Assembly: GCA_040510135.1 (NCBI GenBank)
Contig: JBEVJN010000061.1
Span: 18,469-82,468 of the forward strand
Reading direction: 5' to 3'
Origin: Acidimicrobiia bacterium
GTDB lineage: Bacteria > Actinomycetota > Acidimicrobiia > Spongiisociales > ZC4RG35
DNA length: 64,000 bases
This document shows, in pieces, positions 18,855-27,852 of the stretch. Every line of letters begins with the position of its first letter. The first letter of the stretch is position 1. The notes under the pieces were generated by a model. That model saw nothing but the letters and a program-made list of their open reading frames with translations. It ran no database searches and was not told where the DNA came from. Made by a program: the position numbers and the translations under genes.

Positions 18855-20123
18855 TCAGGCAACCGGGGACCAGAGCGCGACCTCGCCCGGAGAGATGCGA
18901 ACCGGATCCCCACCCGTGACCTCCTGCACCCAGATCCCGGCGTCCTCGAGGCTGCTCCCTCCGGCGTAGGCGAAGGCGGAGCCATCCGGCGCCCAGAGCG
19001 AGATGCTGCGGGCGAACTGGTCGAAGTAGGCGAGGTAGTCCCGGCCAAAGAGCCCGGTGGGGCTGAACGGGCGATAGGACTTGGTCTCGGCACCGTCCCA
19101 AATGTGCCATTGCAGACGTTCGAAGCCATCGGCGGCCCCGACCGTGCTGTAGAGGAGAACTCGGCCGTCCGGGCTCCAGAACCAGGCAATGTTGCGGGCC
19201 TGGCTCACTTCTTCGAGGTCTCCGTCCGAGGTCGAGACCACGACCAGCCGCTCCGCGTCGATGATCGGCAGATCGGTCTCGTCGAGCCGGGAGAGCGCCT
19301 GACTCTCGGGCGAGCCCCGCGACATCACGGCCACCCGGCTGCCCGTCTCGTCGGCGACGAAGGCCATCGGAGCGGCATAGCGCAGCAGTTCTCGCTCAAT
19401 CTCACCCTGGCGGTTTGCCAGGGCCAGGGCCTCGCCGACGTCACGCCCGTTCCCGAGCAGCACGGACCCGGCGACGTGGGCCCCGAGCCTGAACTCCCCC
19501 GTGACCGGGACCGTCTCCCGGCCCGAGCCGTCGATGGCCAGATACTCGAAGCGCCCCGAGACCCGGGCAAGCACCTCCGTGCCGTCTGGCGCCCAGTCGA
19601 AGTACACAGGTGCCCCCTGATCGATCACCTGGATATCCCCGTCAGGCCCGGCGATGGCGAGAAGGAGGTCTCCCGTGCCCTGGCTCCCGGTCAACGCCAG
19701 GTGCTCGCCGTCAGGGCTCCATGCGATATACACCGCGAGGAGCGGCGAAGGCCATTCGAGCACGTCGCCTCCGTCGCTGTCGGCCACCAGCAGAAAGGTC
19801 TCCTGATCTGCCCTCCGCTCCGTCCACGCCACCCTCGATCCGTCGGGTGACCAGGTCGGCTGGGTGCGCTCGATGTCCGGATCCTGCCCGGCCAGCGTCA
19901 CCGGGTCGGATCCATCAGACCTCATCGTGGTGATTTCGTTCTCGGTTCCAAGAACAAGGAGGCGGCCCGGCGATGCAATTTCGACTACCGACTCCTCTGT
20001 GGCGATCGTTCGGGCGTCGGGAAGGGTGTCTCGATCGGGTTCACCGGTGGCCGTGCACGCGGTGAGAAGGGCGGCGATCAGGGAGATCGTTGCAAGAAGG
20101 GCTCTGCCGAGCCGGATCGTCAC
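18855..20123 (-). CDS. PD40/TolB-like beta-propeller lipoprotein
   Basis: The GTG at 20123 gives a signal peptide with lipobox LLTAC. Repeated WSPDG/WAPDG propeller motifs. The longer ATG at 20162 would overlap the upstream remnant. Confidence 0.75.
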   Translation of the reverse strand: MTIRLGRALLATISLIAALLTACTATGEPDRDTLPDARTIATEESVVEIASPGRLLVLGTENEITTMRSDGSDPVTLAGQDPDIERTQPTWSPDGSRVAWTERRADQETFLLVADSDGGDVLEWPSPLLAVYIAWSPDGEHLALTGSQGTGDLLLAIAGPDGDIQVIDQGAPVYFDWAPDGTEVLARVSGRFEYLAIDGSGRETVPVTGEFRLGAHVAGSVLLGNGRDVGEALALANRQGEIERELLRYAAPMAFVADETGSRVAVMSRGSPESQALSRLDETDLPIIDAERLVVVSTSDGDLEEVSQARNIAWFWSPDGRVLLYSTVGAADGFERLQWHIWDGAETKSYRPFSPTGLFGRDYLAYFDQFARSISLWAPDGSAFAYAGGSSLEDAGIWVQEVTGGDPVRISPGEVALWSPVA

Positions 20124-20316
20124 TTCATCGACTCTACGACTTAGCCCTGGCGGGCCGTCCACGCCTCGACCTGGCGCACGACCGCGGCTGAGTCGAACCA
20201 GGTGTTCTCGCAGGCGACAAGGCCGTCGCGCAACTGGAAGAGATGGAGGATCCGCAGCTCAACCGGCGCCCCGCCGCCGGCGATGCCGGCCCACTCGCCC
20301 TCGACATGTCGCGAAC

Positions 20317-21219
20317 CTAATCCGGGGCCTCGGCGAGATGGCTCAGCTTGTCCGGGTTGACCACCGCTCGCACTGCTTGCACCTTGCCCATGGCGACATC
20401 GAGAGACACCACAGCCACGGTGGCGCCGTCCACGCTGCTGACCACTGCGCCTGGCTGGCCGTTTACATCGACCAGCGTCAGAGCCCAGCCCTCGCGATCG
20501 GCCCGTGGGCTGAAGGAGGCGAGGAATCGGGCTGTCACGGACATGCCGCGCAGAGGCTCCCTTCGAGCCGGCGCCTTGCCCCCACCGTCGCCATAGAGGA
20601 CAACGTCCTCGGCCAGCATGTCGGCGAGTCCCTCGGTGTCGCCTTGCTCGATGGCAGCGAAGAACCTCTCGGCGAGGGCCCACCGCTTCTCGACCGAGGT
20701 TTCGAACCGAGGCTTGCCATCCTGGACCTTTTCCCTGGCCCGGACGGCAAGCTGACGACACGCCGCCTCGCTCTTGTCGATGAGCTCGGCCACCTCGTCG
20801 AAGCCATATCCGAAGACATCCCGGAGGAGTAGGACGGCCCGCTCCGGGGGCGTGAGGCGCTCGAGGAGCACCAGGAAGGCCATGGACAGGCTGTCGGATA
20901 GTTCTGCCTGTTGTTCCGGGTCGGCAGACCGATCGGTGACAATCGGCTCGGGCAGCCATTCCCCGACGTACTCCTCACGCCGCACGCGGGCCGAACGCAG
21001 GTAGTCGATCGCGAGCCTGGTCACGACCGCACATGCGTATGCCCGTCGCGACTCGATCTCGGTCCCCCCGTTCTCCGCCGCGTGCACCCGGACATATGTC
21101 TCCTGCACCAGGTCCTCGGCATCGGTGACGCTTCCGGTCATCCGATAGGCGATCGAGAAGAGCAGTGGGCGTAGCGAAACGTCGGTTTCGTCTGTCCTCG
21201 GGTCGGGAAGGTTTGTCAT
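20317..21219 (-). CDS. ECF-type RNA polymerase sigma factor with C-terminal SnoaL-like extension (SigJ-like)
   Basis: The ATG at 21219 (MTNLPDPRTDE) is followed by region 2 DAEDLVQETYVRV and region 4 LTPPERAVLLLRDVFGYGFDEVAELIDKSEAACRQLAVRAR, then an extension of about 110 aa as in SigJ-type sigmas. Confidence 0.85.
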   Translation of the reverse strand: MTNLPDPRTDETDVSLRPLLFSIAYRMTGSVTDAEDLVQETYVRVHAAENGGTEIESRRAYACAVVTRLAIDYLRSARVRREEYVGEWLPEPIVTDRSADPEQQAELSDSLSMAFLVLLERLTPPERAVLLLRDVFGYGFDEVAELIDKSEAACRQLAVRAREKVQDGKPRFETSVEKRWALAERFFAAIEQGDTEGLADMLAEDVVLYGDGGGKAPARREPLRGMSVTARFLASFSPRADREGWALTLVDVNGQPGAVVSSVDGATVAVVSLDVAMGKVQAVRAVVNPDKLSHLAEAPD

Positions 21220-21320
21220 GTCCCTGGGACGAGTTTGTCCCCTCGATTGTGACAGCCGCTGGATGTTGTCACAGAAACCGCCTCCATCTCGTCCTGGGTA
21301 GGAAGACGAAAGGAGACGAC

Positions 21321-22259
21321 ATGAGAGTTTTCGTAGCCGGGGCCACCGGAGCCATAGGGCAACGTCTGGTTCCATTGCTGGTCGATTCCGGTCACGAGGT
21401 GGTTGGCACCACCCGGACCCCGGGCAAGATCGACGGTCTGCGTCTCGTCGGAGCCACCCCCGTGGTGCTCGACGGCAGGGATGGTGATGCAGTGCGGCGA
21501 ACGATCCTCGAAGCGAAGCCGGAGGTCGTCGTCCATGAGATGACGGCATTGTCCGGAGATCTCGACTTCAGGCGCTTCGCCGAGACCTTCGCCGAGACGA
21601 ACCGACTTCGCACCGAGACCACCGACATCATGATCGCTGCCGCCGTCGACGCGGGGGCGCAGCGCTTCATCGCCCAAAGCTTCGCCGGATGGCCCAACGA
21701 GCAGAGCGGAGGTCCGGTGAAGACCGAAGAGGACCCGCTCAACACCGACCCCCCGAGACAAGTACGCGAGACACTCGCGGCCATCCTCCATCTCGAAGCC
21801 GTCACCACCGGTACCCGGGGGATCGAGGGCCTGGCGCTGCGATACGGAGGCTTCTATGGACCGGGAAACGCCCTTGGCAAGGGCGGGGCGATGCTGGAGG
21901 CGATGGCCAAACGTCAAATGCCGGTCGTCGGTGGCGGAACCGGGATTTGGTCATTCATCCATATCGAGGATGCCGCCCAGGCGACTGCCCTCGCAGTCGA
22001 CCGGGGCGCTCCCGGGATCTACAACATCGTCGACGACGAGCCGGCGCCAGTCTCCGAATGGTTGCCGTATCTCGCCGATGTCCTCGGAGCCAGACCCCCA
22101 CGCCGGGTCCCGGCGTGGCTGGCGAGGCTCATCGCGGGTGAGGCTGCAGTGTCGATGATGACCAAGATTCGCGGGTCCTCCAACGCCAAGGCCAAGCGTG
22201 AGCTGGGATGGAAGCTGGACTACCCGACCTGGCGGGTGGGATTCAGGGACGGACTCTGA
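21321..22259 (+). CDS. NAD(P)-dependent epimerase/dehydratase-family (atypical SDR) protein
   Basis: AGGAGA lies upstream of the ATG at 21321. The N-terminus is MRVFVAGATGAIGQRLVPLL. Divergent from the sigma gene. Confidence 0.85.
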   Translation: MRVFVAGATGAIGQRLVPLLVDSGHEVVGTTRTPGKIDGLRLVGATPVVLDGRDGDAVRRTILEAKPEVVVHEMTALSGDLDFRRFAETFAETNRLRTETTDIMIAAAVDAGAQRFIAQSFAGWPNEQSGGPVKTEEDPLNTDPPRQVRETLAAILHLEAVTTGTRGIEGLALRYGGFYGPGNALGKGGAMLEAMAKRQMPVVGGGTGIWSFIHIEDAAQATALAVDRGAPGIYNIVDDEPAPVSEWLPYLADVLGARPPRRVPAWLARLIAGEAAVSMMTKIRGSSNAKAKRELGWKLDYPTWRVGFRDGL

Positions 22260-22277
22260 GCGCGACAATGAGGCTGG

Positions 22278-22940
22278 ATGGATGATCGGAACCGTTACCG
22301 CTTCGTCAATGTCTGGCATCTGAAGTTCCGACCCGAAGAGGTGTATCTGGTGCTCGAGGACATCGGCGCGTACCCCCGATGGTGGCCGGAAGTGCGACGG
22401 GTCGATCGGATCGACGACAGCACGGTGCGGATCGTGGCCCGATCCGTGCTGCCCTACGACCTCACGTTTCAGGCGACCGACTCCCGGCAGGGCGAGCAGG
22501 CCGGAGTTCTCGAAGTGGCCATGCGGGGAGACCTGGATGGGTTCTCGCGCTGGACCCTCGATCCCGAGCGCGCTGGGACTGTGGCGACCTTCGAGGAGGA
22601 AGTCACCGTCCGGAGGAAGTCATTGCGACGGCTCGCGATGGTGGCCCGACCGTTCTTCCGGTGGAATCACGCGGTGATGATGCGTCACGGTCGACGAGGG
22701 CTTGGCGTCTACCTGGCCGGACGCCGAGGCGGCGCCCAGCAGGCCGACGAGCTCTCTCGGGTGGATCGACGGCGCACGACTGATAGCTCCGGCTCAGCCT
22801 TTCTTCTTGGCCTTCTTCTTGGAAGACCGGGCTTTCTTCGATCCCTTCTTCTTCTTGGCCAACTGCTTGTCCGTCTGCTTTTTCCCCTGCTTCTTCTTGT
22901 CTTTCTTCGGTGTAGGAGCGGGTTCGGTCACAACAGGTGA
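22278..22940 (+). CDS. SRPBCC (polyketide cyclase/START-like) protein with an unusually long tail
   Basis: The domain spans about 145 aa (YPRWWPEV...DLTFQATDS...WTLDPERAGTVATFEEEV). There is no stop until 22940, so the last 50 codons or so (CTT/TTC-rich, Leu/Phe-rich) run antisense to the Lys-rich ORF. Confidence 0.7.
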   Translation: MDDRNRYRFVNVWHLKFRPEEVYLVLEDIGAYPRWWPEVRRVDRIDDSTVRIVARSVLPYDLTFQATDSRQGEQAGVLEVAMRGDLDGFSRWTLDPERAGTVATFEEEVTVRRKSLRRLAMVARPFFRWNHAVMMRHGRRGLGVYLAGRRGGAQQADELSRVDRRRTTDSSGSAFLLGLLLGRPGFLRSLLLLGQLLVRLLFPLLLLVFLRCRSGFGHNR

Positions 22941-23024
22941 CGCGGTCGAAACCGACACGCGAGCCGCGGCTGCGGTGCTGATGAACCGCCCCGTCGCAGG
23001 GTCACGAAGTCTCGTCGCTGTCAT
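22794..23024 (-). CDS. small lysine-rich basic protein (76 aa)
   Basis: The C-terminal half is KKDKKKQGKKQTDKQLAKKKKGSKKARSSKKKAKKKG, encoded mostly by AAG. The mirror + strand reading would need rare CTT/TTT codons in a high-GC genome. It lies 135 nt downstream of nrdJ on the same strand. Confidence 0.5.
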   Translation of the reverse strand: MTATRLRDPATGRFISTAAAARVSVSTASPVVTEPAPTPKKDKKKQGKKQTDKQLAKKKKGSKKARSSKKKAKKKG

Positions 23025-23159
23025 TGTTTCCTCTCGCCTGATCCGGGAATACAGGTCGTATCGGCGCGTGTCGGCCCGGACCTGAACCAGTCATCGCCCT
23101 TGGCGTCCGCGAGCCTGGCCTGTTCTCGATCACCCGAGCAAGGCCGGTGATTGTGGCCG

Positions 23160-26100
23160 TCAGCTGCAGCCGGTGGTGTCCCCGCAGGTGAGGCAGACGT
23201 AGCAACTCCCGTTACGGATCGTCATGTGACCGCAGTTGGAGCAGACCGGAGCGTCACCCATGTTCTCCCTGAGGGCCGAGTCGACCATGGCTGCCGATCC
23301 GGCGAGGACGGTCTCGGTCGCCGTGGACCCCCCTCCGGCCGTTCGGGCCACCTCCCCCAACGCCGCTTCGCTCCTGGGCGTGGAGACGGTCGGCCCATCG
23401 AGGAATGTGACTGCCGCCTTCACGGCCTCGACGTCGTCTTCGGCGACGGCGTCGGTGAGGTCGAGTTGGATCCCGGCTTCGACCGCCATTCCGGCGGGCG
23501 GCTCGGGGAGCTGCATGTCGCGATCCGGCGGGACCTGGGCGAGCTCGTCACGCTCCAGGTACTCCACACCGAGGGCTCGGAACACGTAGTCCACGATCGA
23601 GTTGGCCATCTTGATGTTCGGATGGCCTTCCACCATGCCTCTCGGCTCGAACGTCTGGAAGGTGAAGGTGTCGACGAACTCCTCGAGCGGGACCCCGTAC
23701 TGGAGCCCCTTGGAGACGGCAATGGCGAAGCAGGAAAGGATCCCCTTCAGCGTCGCTCCCTCCTTGGCCAGGTCGATGAAGATCTCGCCCAGGGTCCCGT
23801 CGTCGTATTCGCCGGTGCGGAGGAAGACTTTGTGCCCGCCGATCCTCGCTTCCTGGTTGTACCCGTTGCGACGGGCCGGGAGCAGGAACCGGGGCGGCTT
23901 CATCCCCTGGTGGTAGGCCTGCGTCGGTGAGATCCCGGCGGGCAGGTTCCCCCAGTGGATTGCCTTCTCGGCCTCGACCGCCGCCGTAAGCGCCGGCGTC
24001 TCGTCCTCGCTCTGCTCACCCTCGTCGGAGGTCGAGTTGAGCGGCTGGGCCGCCTTGGACCCATCCCGGTAGAGGGCCATCGCCTTGAGACCCCACTCCC
24101 ACGACATCCGGTACGACTCCTCGATGTCCTCGACGGTGATCTCGTGGGGCATGTTGATCGTCTTGCTGATCGCTCCCGAGATGAAGGGCTGGGCGGCCGC
24201 CATCATCTTGATGTGCCCGTAGTGGTGGATGAACCGGGTGCCGTACTTTCCGTTCTTGTTGGCTGTGTCGAAGACGGCGAGATGCTCATCGGCAATATGC
24301 GGAGCGCCCTCGATCGTCTGCCGGCCACAGATGTGGTCGTTCGCCTCGCTGATCTCAGCCGAGGTGAACCCCAGCGCCTTGAGCAGGTTGAACTCCCAGC
24401 CGGTGTACTCGTCGACACCGAAGCCAAGACGCTGCAAAGTGCTCTCACCGAAGGTGAAGACGTTGAAGGCGTGCTTCAGCTCGAACACCGCAGGCAAGGC
24501 CTTCTCCAACTTGGCGAGGTCCTCGTCGTCGAAGCCCTTGCCCATGAGCGTCTCACGGTTGATGTGGGGTGCCTCGTCGATCGAGCTGGTGCCGACGATG
24601 TACTCGACCACATCCGTGATCTGGCCCTCTTCGTAGGCGAGATGCCTCAATGCCGGGGCCACCGACTGATTGGCGATCTTGAAGTAACCGCCTCCGGCCA
24701 GCTTCTTGAACTTGACCAAGGCGAAGTCGGGCTCCACTCCGGTGGTGTCACAGTCCATCAAGAGGCCGATGGTGCCGGTGGGAGCGATCACGCTGGACTG
24801 GGCGTTGCGGTAACCGTGCTGCTCGCCCTGCTCAAGCGCCAGGTCCCACGACGAGCGGGCGGCTGCGAGGAAGTCGGCCGGGCACAGATCGGGATCGATC
24901 GCCATGACCTTGTGACTGACGCCGTCGTAGTCGCTATCGCCATAGGCGGCGCGGCGATGGTTCCGGATCACACGCAGCATCGCCTCCCGGTTCTCGGCGA
25001 AACGGGGGAAGGGACCGACCACAGCGGCGATCTCTGCCGACGTGGCGTAGGAGTGCCCGGTGAGGATGGCCGTCAACGCGCCACTGATGGCGCGACCCTC
25101 CTCGGAGTCATAGGCGATGCCCTGACGCATCAGGAGCGATCCGAGATTGGCATAGCCGAGGCCGAGAGTCCGGTAGTCGTAGGAGCCCTGGGCGATGTCT
25201 CGTGACGGGAAATGGGCCATGGCCACCGAGATCTCTAGCACGATGGTCCAGAGCCGGACGGCGTGCTGGTAGGCCTCGATATCGAACACGCCGGTCTCGT
25301 CGTCATGGAACCTGACCAGGTTTATCGATGCCAGGTTGCAAGCAGTGTCGTCGAGGAACATGTACTCCGAGCAGGGGTTTGAGGCTCGGATCCGGCCGCC
25401 GGCCGGCGAGGTGTGCCACTCGTTGACCGTGGTGTCGAATTGGAGACCGGGGTCGGCGCAGGCCCAGGCCGCCTCGGCGATCCGGTCCCAGAGGTCGCGG
25501 GCCTTGAGGGTCTTGCGGACCGAGCCGTCGGTCCGGTTGATCAAGTCCCAGTCGCCATCCTCGAGGACGGTCTGGATGAAGTCGTTGGTGACCCGAACCG
25601 AGTTGTTCGAGTTCTGGCCGGAGACCGTCGCGTAGGCGTCGCCGTTGAAGTCGGCGGGCAGGCCACCGTGGTTGATCAGGACCCGGGCCTTGTCCTCTTC
25701 GACCTTCTTCCAATCGATGAATCTCTCGACGTCCGGATGGTCGACGTCGAGGATGACCATCTTGGCCGCCCGTCTCGTCGTCCCTCCCGACTTGATCGCG
25801 CCGGCAGCGCGGTCGCCGATCTTGAGGAAGGACATGACACCGGATGACTTGCCACCCCCGGAGAGCCGTTCGTTCTCGGCCCTGATCTGGGAGAAGTTGG
25901 ATCCGGCACCCGAGCCGAACTTGAAGATGCGGGCCTCTCTGACCCAGAGGTCCATGATCCCACCCGGATTGACCAGGTCGTCTCTGACGCTGAGGATGAA
26001 ACAGGCATGCGGGGCGGGCCGGCTGTAGGAGTCGGGGGAGGATTCGAGCTTGCCGGTGGCACCGTCGACATACCAGAAGCCCTGGGAGGGGCCGGTCAGG

Positions 26101-26561
26101 CCGTAGGCCCAGTTGAGCCCGGTGTTGAACCACTGCGGAGAGTTGGGCGCGGCCATCTGCCTCGCCAGCATGTACTTGAGCTCGTCCTCGAAGGCGACGG
26201 CATCCTCGCTGGTGGCGAAGTAGCCCTCCTTCTCGCCCCAGTGCCGCCAGGTTCCGGCGAGCCGGCTGAACACTTGCTTGGCCGACTTCTCCGGGCCCAG
26301 CTCCGGCTGCCCGGTCTCGTCCACAACCTGATTGCCATCCGGGTCGAACTGGGGGACACCGGCCTTGCGGAAGTATTTGGACACCATGATGTCCGAGGCC
26401 ACCTGGCTCCAACCAGCCGGGATCTCCGCATCCGTCATCTCGAACACGGTCGAGCCATCCGGGTTGGTGATCCGCGAGTCGCGCCGGGTCCATTCGATCT
26501 TGTCGTATGGGTCCTTGCCGGTCTCGGTGAAGCGACGGGTGATCCGCAGGCCTTTGCTCAT
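23160..26561 (-). CDS. nrdJ: adenosylcobalamin-dependent ribonucleoside-diphosphate/triphosphate reductase (class II RNR)
   Basis: About 1133 aa starting MSKGLRITRRFTETGKDPYDKIEW, with GAGGAGG 7 nt upstream of the ATG at 26561. Active-site region SNPCSEY, and a C-terminal zinc ribbon CSNCGHMTIRNGSCYVCLTCG. Confidence 0.95.
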   Translation of the reverse strand: MSKGLRITRRFTETGKDPYDKIEWTRRDSRITNPDGSTVFEMTDAEIPAGWSQVASDIMVSKYFRKAGVPQFDPDGNQVVDETGQPELGPEKSAKQVFSRLAGTWRHWGEKEGYFATSEDAVAFEDELKYMLARQMAAPNSPQWFNTGLNWAYGLTGPSQGFWYVDGATGKLESSPDSYSRPAPHACFILSVRDDLVNPGGIMDLWVREARIFKFGSGAGSNFSQIRAENERLSGGGKSSGVMSFLKIGDRAAGAIKSGGTTRRAAKMVILDVDHPDVERFIDWKKVEEDKARVLINHGGLPADFNGDAYATVSGQNSNNSVRVTNDFIQTVLEDGDWDLINRTDGSVRKTLKARDLWDRIAEAAWACADPGLQFDTTVNEWHTSPAGGRIRASNPCSEYMFLDDTACNLASINLVRFHDDETGVFDIEAYQHAVRLWTIVLEISVAMAHFPSRDIAQGSYDYRTLGLGYANLGSLLMRQGIAYDSEEGRAISGALTAILTGHSYATSAEIAAVVGPFPRFAENREAMLRVIRNHRRAAYGDSDYDGVSHKVMAIDPDLCPADFLAAARSSWDLALEQGEQHGYRNAQSSVIAPTGTIGLLMDCDTTGVEPDFALVKFKKLAGGGYFKIANQSVAPALRHLAYEEGQITDVVEYIVGTSSIDEAPHINRETLMGKGFDDEDLAKLEKALPAVFELKHAFNVFTFGESTLQRLGFGVDEYTGWEFNLLKALGFTSAEISEANDHICGRQTIEGAPHIADEHLAVFDTANKNGKYGTRFIHHYGHIKMMAAAQPFISGAISKTINMPHEITVEDIEESYRMSWEWGLKAMALYRDGSKAAQPLNSTSDEGEQSEDETPALTAAVEAEKAIHWGNLPAGISPTQAYHQGMKPPRFLLPARRNGYNQEARIGGHKVFLRTGEYDDGTLGEIFIDLAKEGATLKGILSCFAIAVSKGLQYGVPLEEFVDTFTFQTFEPRGMVEGHPNIKMANSIVDYVFRALGVEYLERDELAQVPPDRDMQLPEPPAGMAVEAGIQLDLTDAVAEDDVEAVKAAVTFLDGPTVSTPRSEAALGEVARTAGGGSTATETVLAGSAAMVDSALRENMGDAPVCSNCGHMTIRNGSCYVCLTCGDTTGCS

Positions 26562-26643
26562 GAATGTGCCTCCTCGCACAGGGTGCGCCCCGGCCAGATT
26601 ACGGGGCGATGTCCGATTGCCAAAGCGTCGATTCTCAACTCAA

Positions 26644-26692
26644 ACCACAAGATGTTGTGGTCGAGGGGGAAGTGACCACGACATCTTGTATG
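26644..26692 (-). promoter_or_regulatory. two tandem NrdR-type boxes in the nrdJ leader/promoter
   Basis: ACCACAAGATGTTGTGGT (26644-26661; 7-bp arms ACCACAA/TTGTGGT) and ACCACGACATCTTGTATG (26675-26692). They lie 31 bp centre to centre, in a locally AT-richer stretch 83-130 nt upstream of the nrdJ ATG. Confidence 0.6.
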
Positions 26693-26895
26693 GACCCCAC
26701 TACTGTAATTACAACGGTGTCATGGGTCAAGTGTTTCGTTATCCACCGGCCCACGACCGGGCCCAGAACGCGAAAATCAACGCTCTCGGAGGGGGAAGTG
26801 AGCGTCCCGGACCTGCGCTCGGGGGAAGCGAAGTCACCCTAGACCGGTGCCCCGGTAGGGGTCACCTGCGTCCCTTCAGAGATTTCGCGACCCGG

Positions 26896-27768
26896 TCACA
26901 ACCCGGCTTGGTCCCACCAATATCGGATCATGAGGGCGGCCTCGGGCCCGGCGTCGTCCTGCCAGTAGTGACCGGCGTGACGGAGGACGTATCCGGTGCG
27001 GTTGGTGAGAATCGACTCCCAGCGGCGCTTCTCCGCCCCCCTGAAAGCCGGGTCCTGGTCCGCCCAGAACAGAAGTGTTGGTTTGTCGGCGATCTCGCCG
27101 AGTCTCTCTTCGATCGAGGCGAGGAAGGCCGCCGATCCGGTCAGCTCGCGGGGGAATACCCGGACGGGGAGCCTGGACTCCTGATCAGGGAAAGGCCCGC
27201 GCCACATGGCCATCTCCCGCCCGCTCGGCGCCCGGCGCCGCATCGCCCTGCGCACGAAGACGTTGACGAAGACATTGGCCCGGTCGACCAGGAACTCACC
27301 GGTTCGCCCCTCTCCCAGCGCGGATGCGAATCGCTGGGTTGCGTTGTCGGTCCGGGGCCACGCCCAGGTATTGCCCAGGATCATCGCCTTGACGCGGTCC
27401 TGGCGGTCGAGGGCAGTCGCCAGCCCGATCGGGCCACCCCAATCCTGCATCACCGGGGTGAAGTCCTGGAGATCGAGGGCGTCGACGAACTTGCCGACGA
27501 CGGCCGCGTGCTCAGCCGGCGTGTACCCGTAGCCCTTCGGCGCCTTGGACAAGCCGAAACCCGGGTAGTCGATGGCGACGCAGCGGAAGCGGTCGGAGAG
27601 GTATGGGACCATCCGTCGGTAGAGGAACGACCATGTCGGGTTCCCATGGAGCATGAGCAGCACCGGTCCCTCGCCCTCGTCGAGATAGTGGACCTGGGCT
27701 CCGTCGATCTCCTGGAGGTGACTCTCGAATGGGTACTGATCCTCGAGGAACCAGGCAGGTCGCTCCAC
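26896..27768 (-). CDS. haloalkane-dehalogenase-like alpha/beta hydrolase
   Basis: HGNPTWSFLYR and nucleophile-elbow MQDWGGPIG motifs. GTG start at 27768 (VERPAWFLEDQYPFESH). The upstream part of the ORF is Arg-rich and would overlap the divergent promoter region. Confidence 0.8.
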   Translation of the reverse strand: MERPAWFLEDQYPFESHLQEIDGAQVHYLDEGEGPVLLMLHGNPTWSFLYRRMVPYLSDRFRCVAIDYPGFGLSKAPKGYGYTPAEHAAVVGKFVDALDLQDFTPVMQDWGGPIGLATALDRQDRVKAMILGNTWAWPRTDNATQRFASALGEGRTGEFLVDRANVFVNVFVRRAMRRRAPSGREMAMWRGPFPDQESRLPVRVFPRELTGSAAFLASIEERLGEIADKPTLLFWADQDPAFRGAEKRRWESILTNRTGYVLRHAGHYWQDDAGPEAALMIRYWWDQAGL

Positions 27769-27852
27769 GCCGCAACGGTAGCGGTTCGACCCAGGACCGG
27801 CTCCGTGCGGGTTTCGGCGCAGGCCCGTGCCGGGTAAATGTCGTGACGACCG

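Noticed and set aside
23160-26561. Possible intein or extra domain in NrdJ, because about 1133 aa is longer than many class II RNRs.
   Set aside because: The catalytic region around SNPCSEYMFLDDTACNLASINL is continuous, and I see no intein splice-junction blocks. The extra length sits in a low-complexity linker (PPDRDMQLPEPPAGMAVE...STATETVLAGS) before the C-terminal zinc ribbon.
26843-26866. Imperfect hairpin (GGTGCCCC / GGGGTCACC with a bulge, and ACCGG/CCGGT) downstream of the dehalogenase-like gene.
   Set aside because: Plausibly a weak terminator, but the stem is short and bulged with no U-tract. Confidence is too low to list as a feature.
26580-26895. Cobalamin riboswitch or small ORF (26564-26842 +) in the nrdJ upstream region.
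   Set aside because: I could find no B12-box-like conserved core. The + strand ORF translation is not protein-like. The region is better explained by NrdR-type boxes, the promoter and the terminator of the upstream hydrolase gene.
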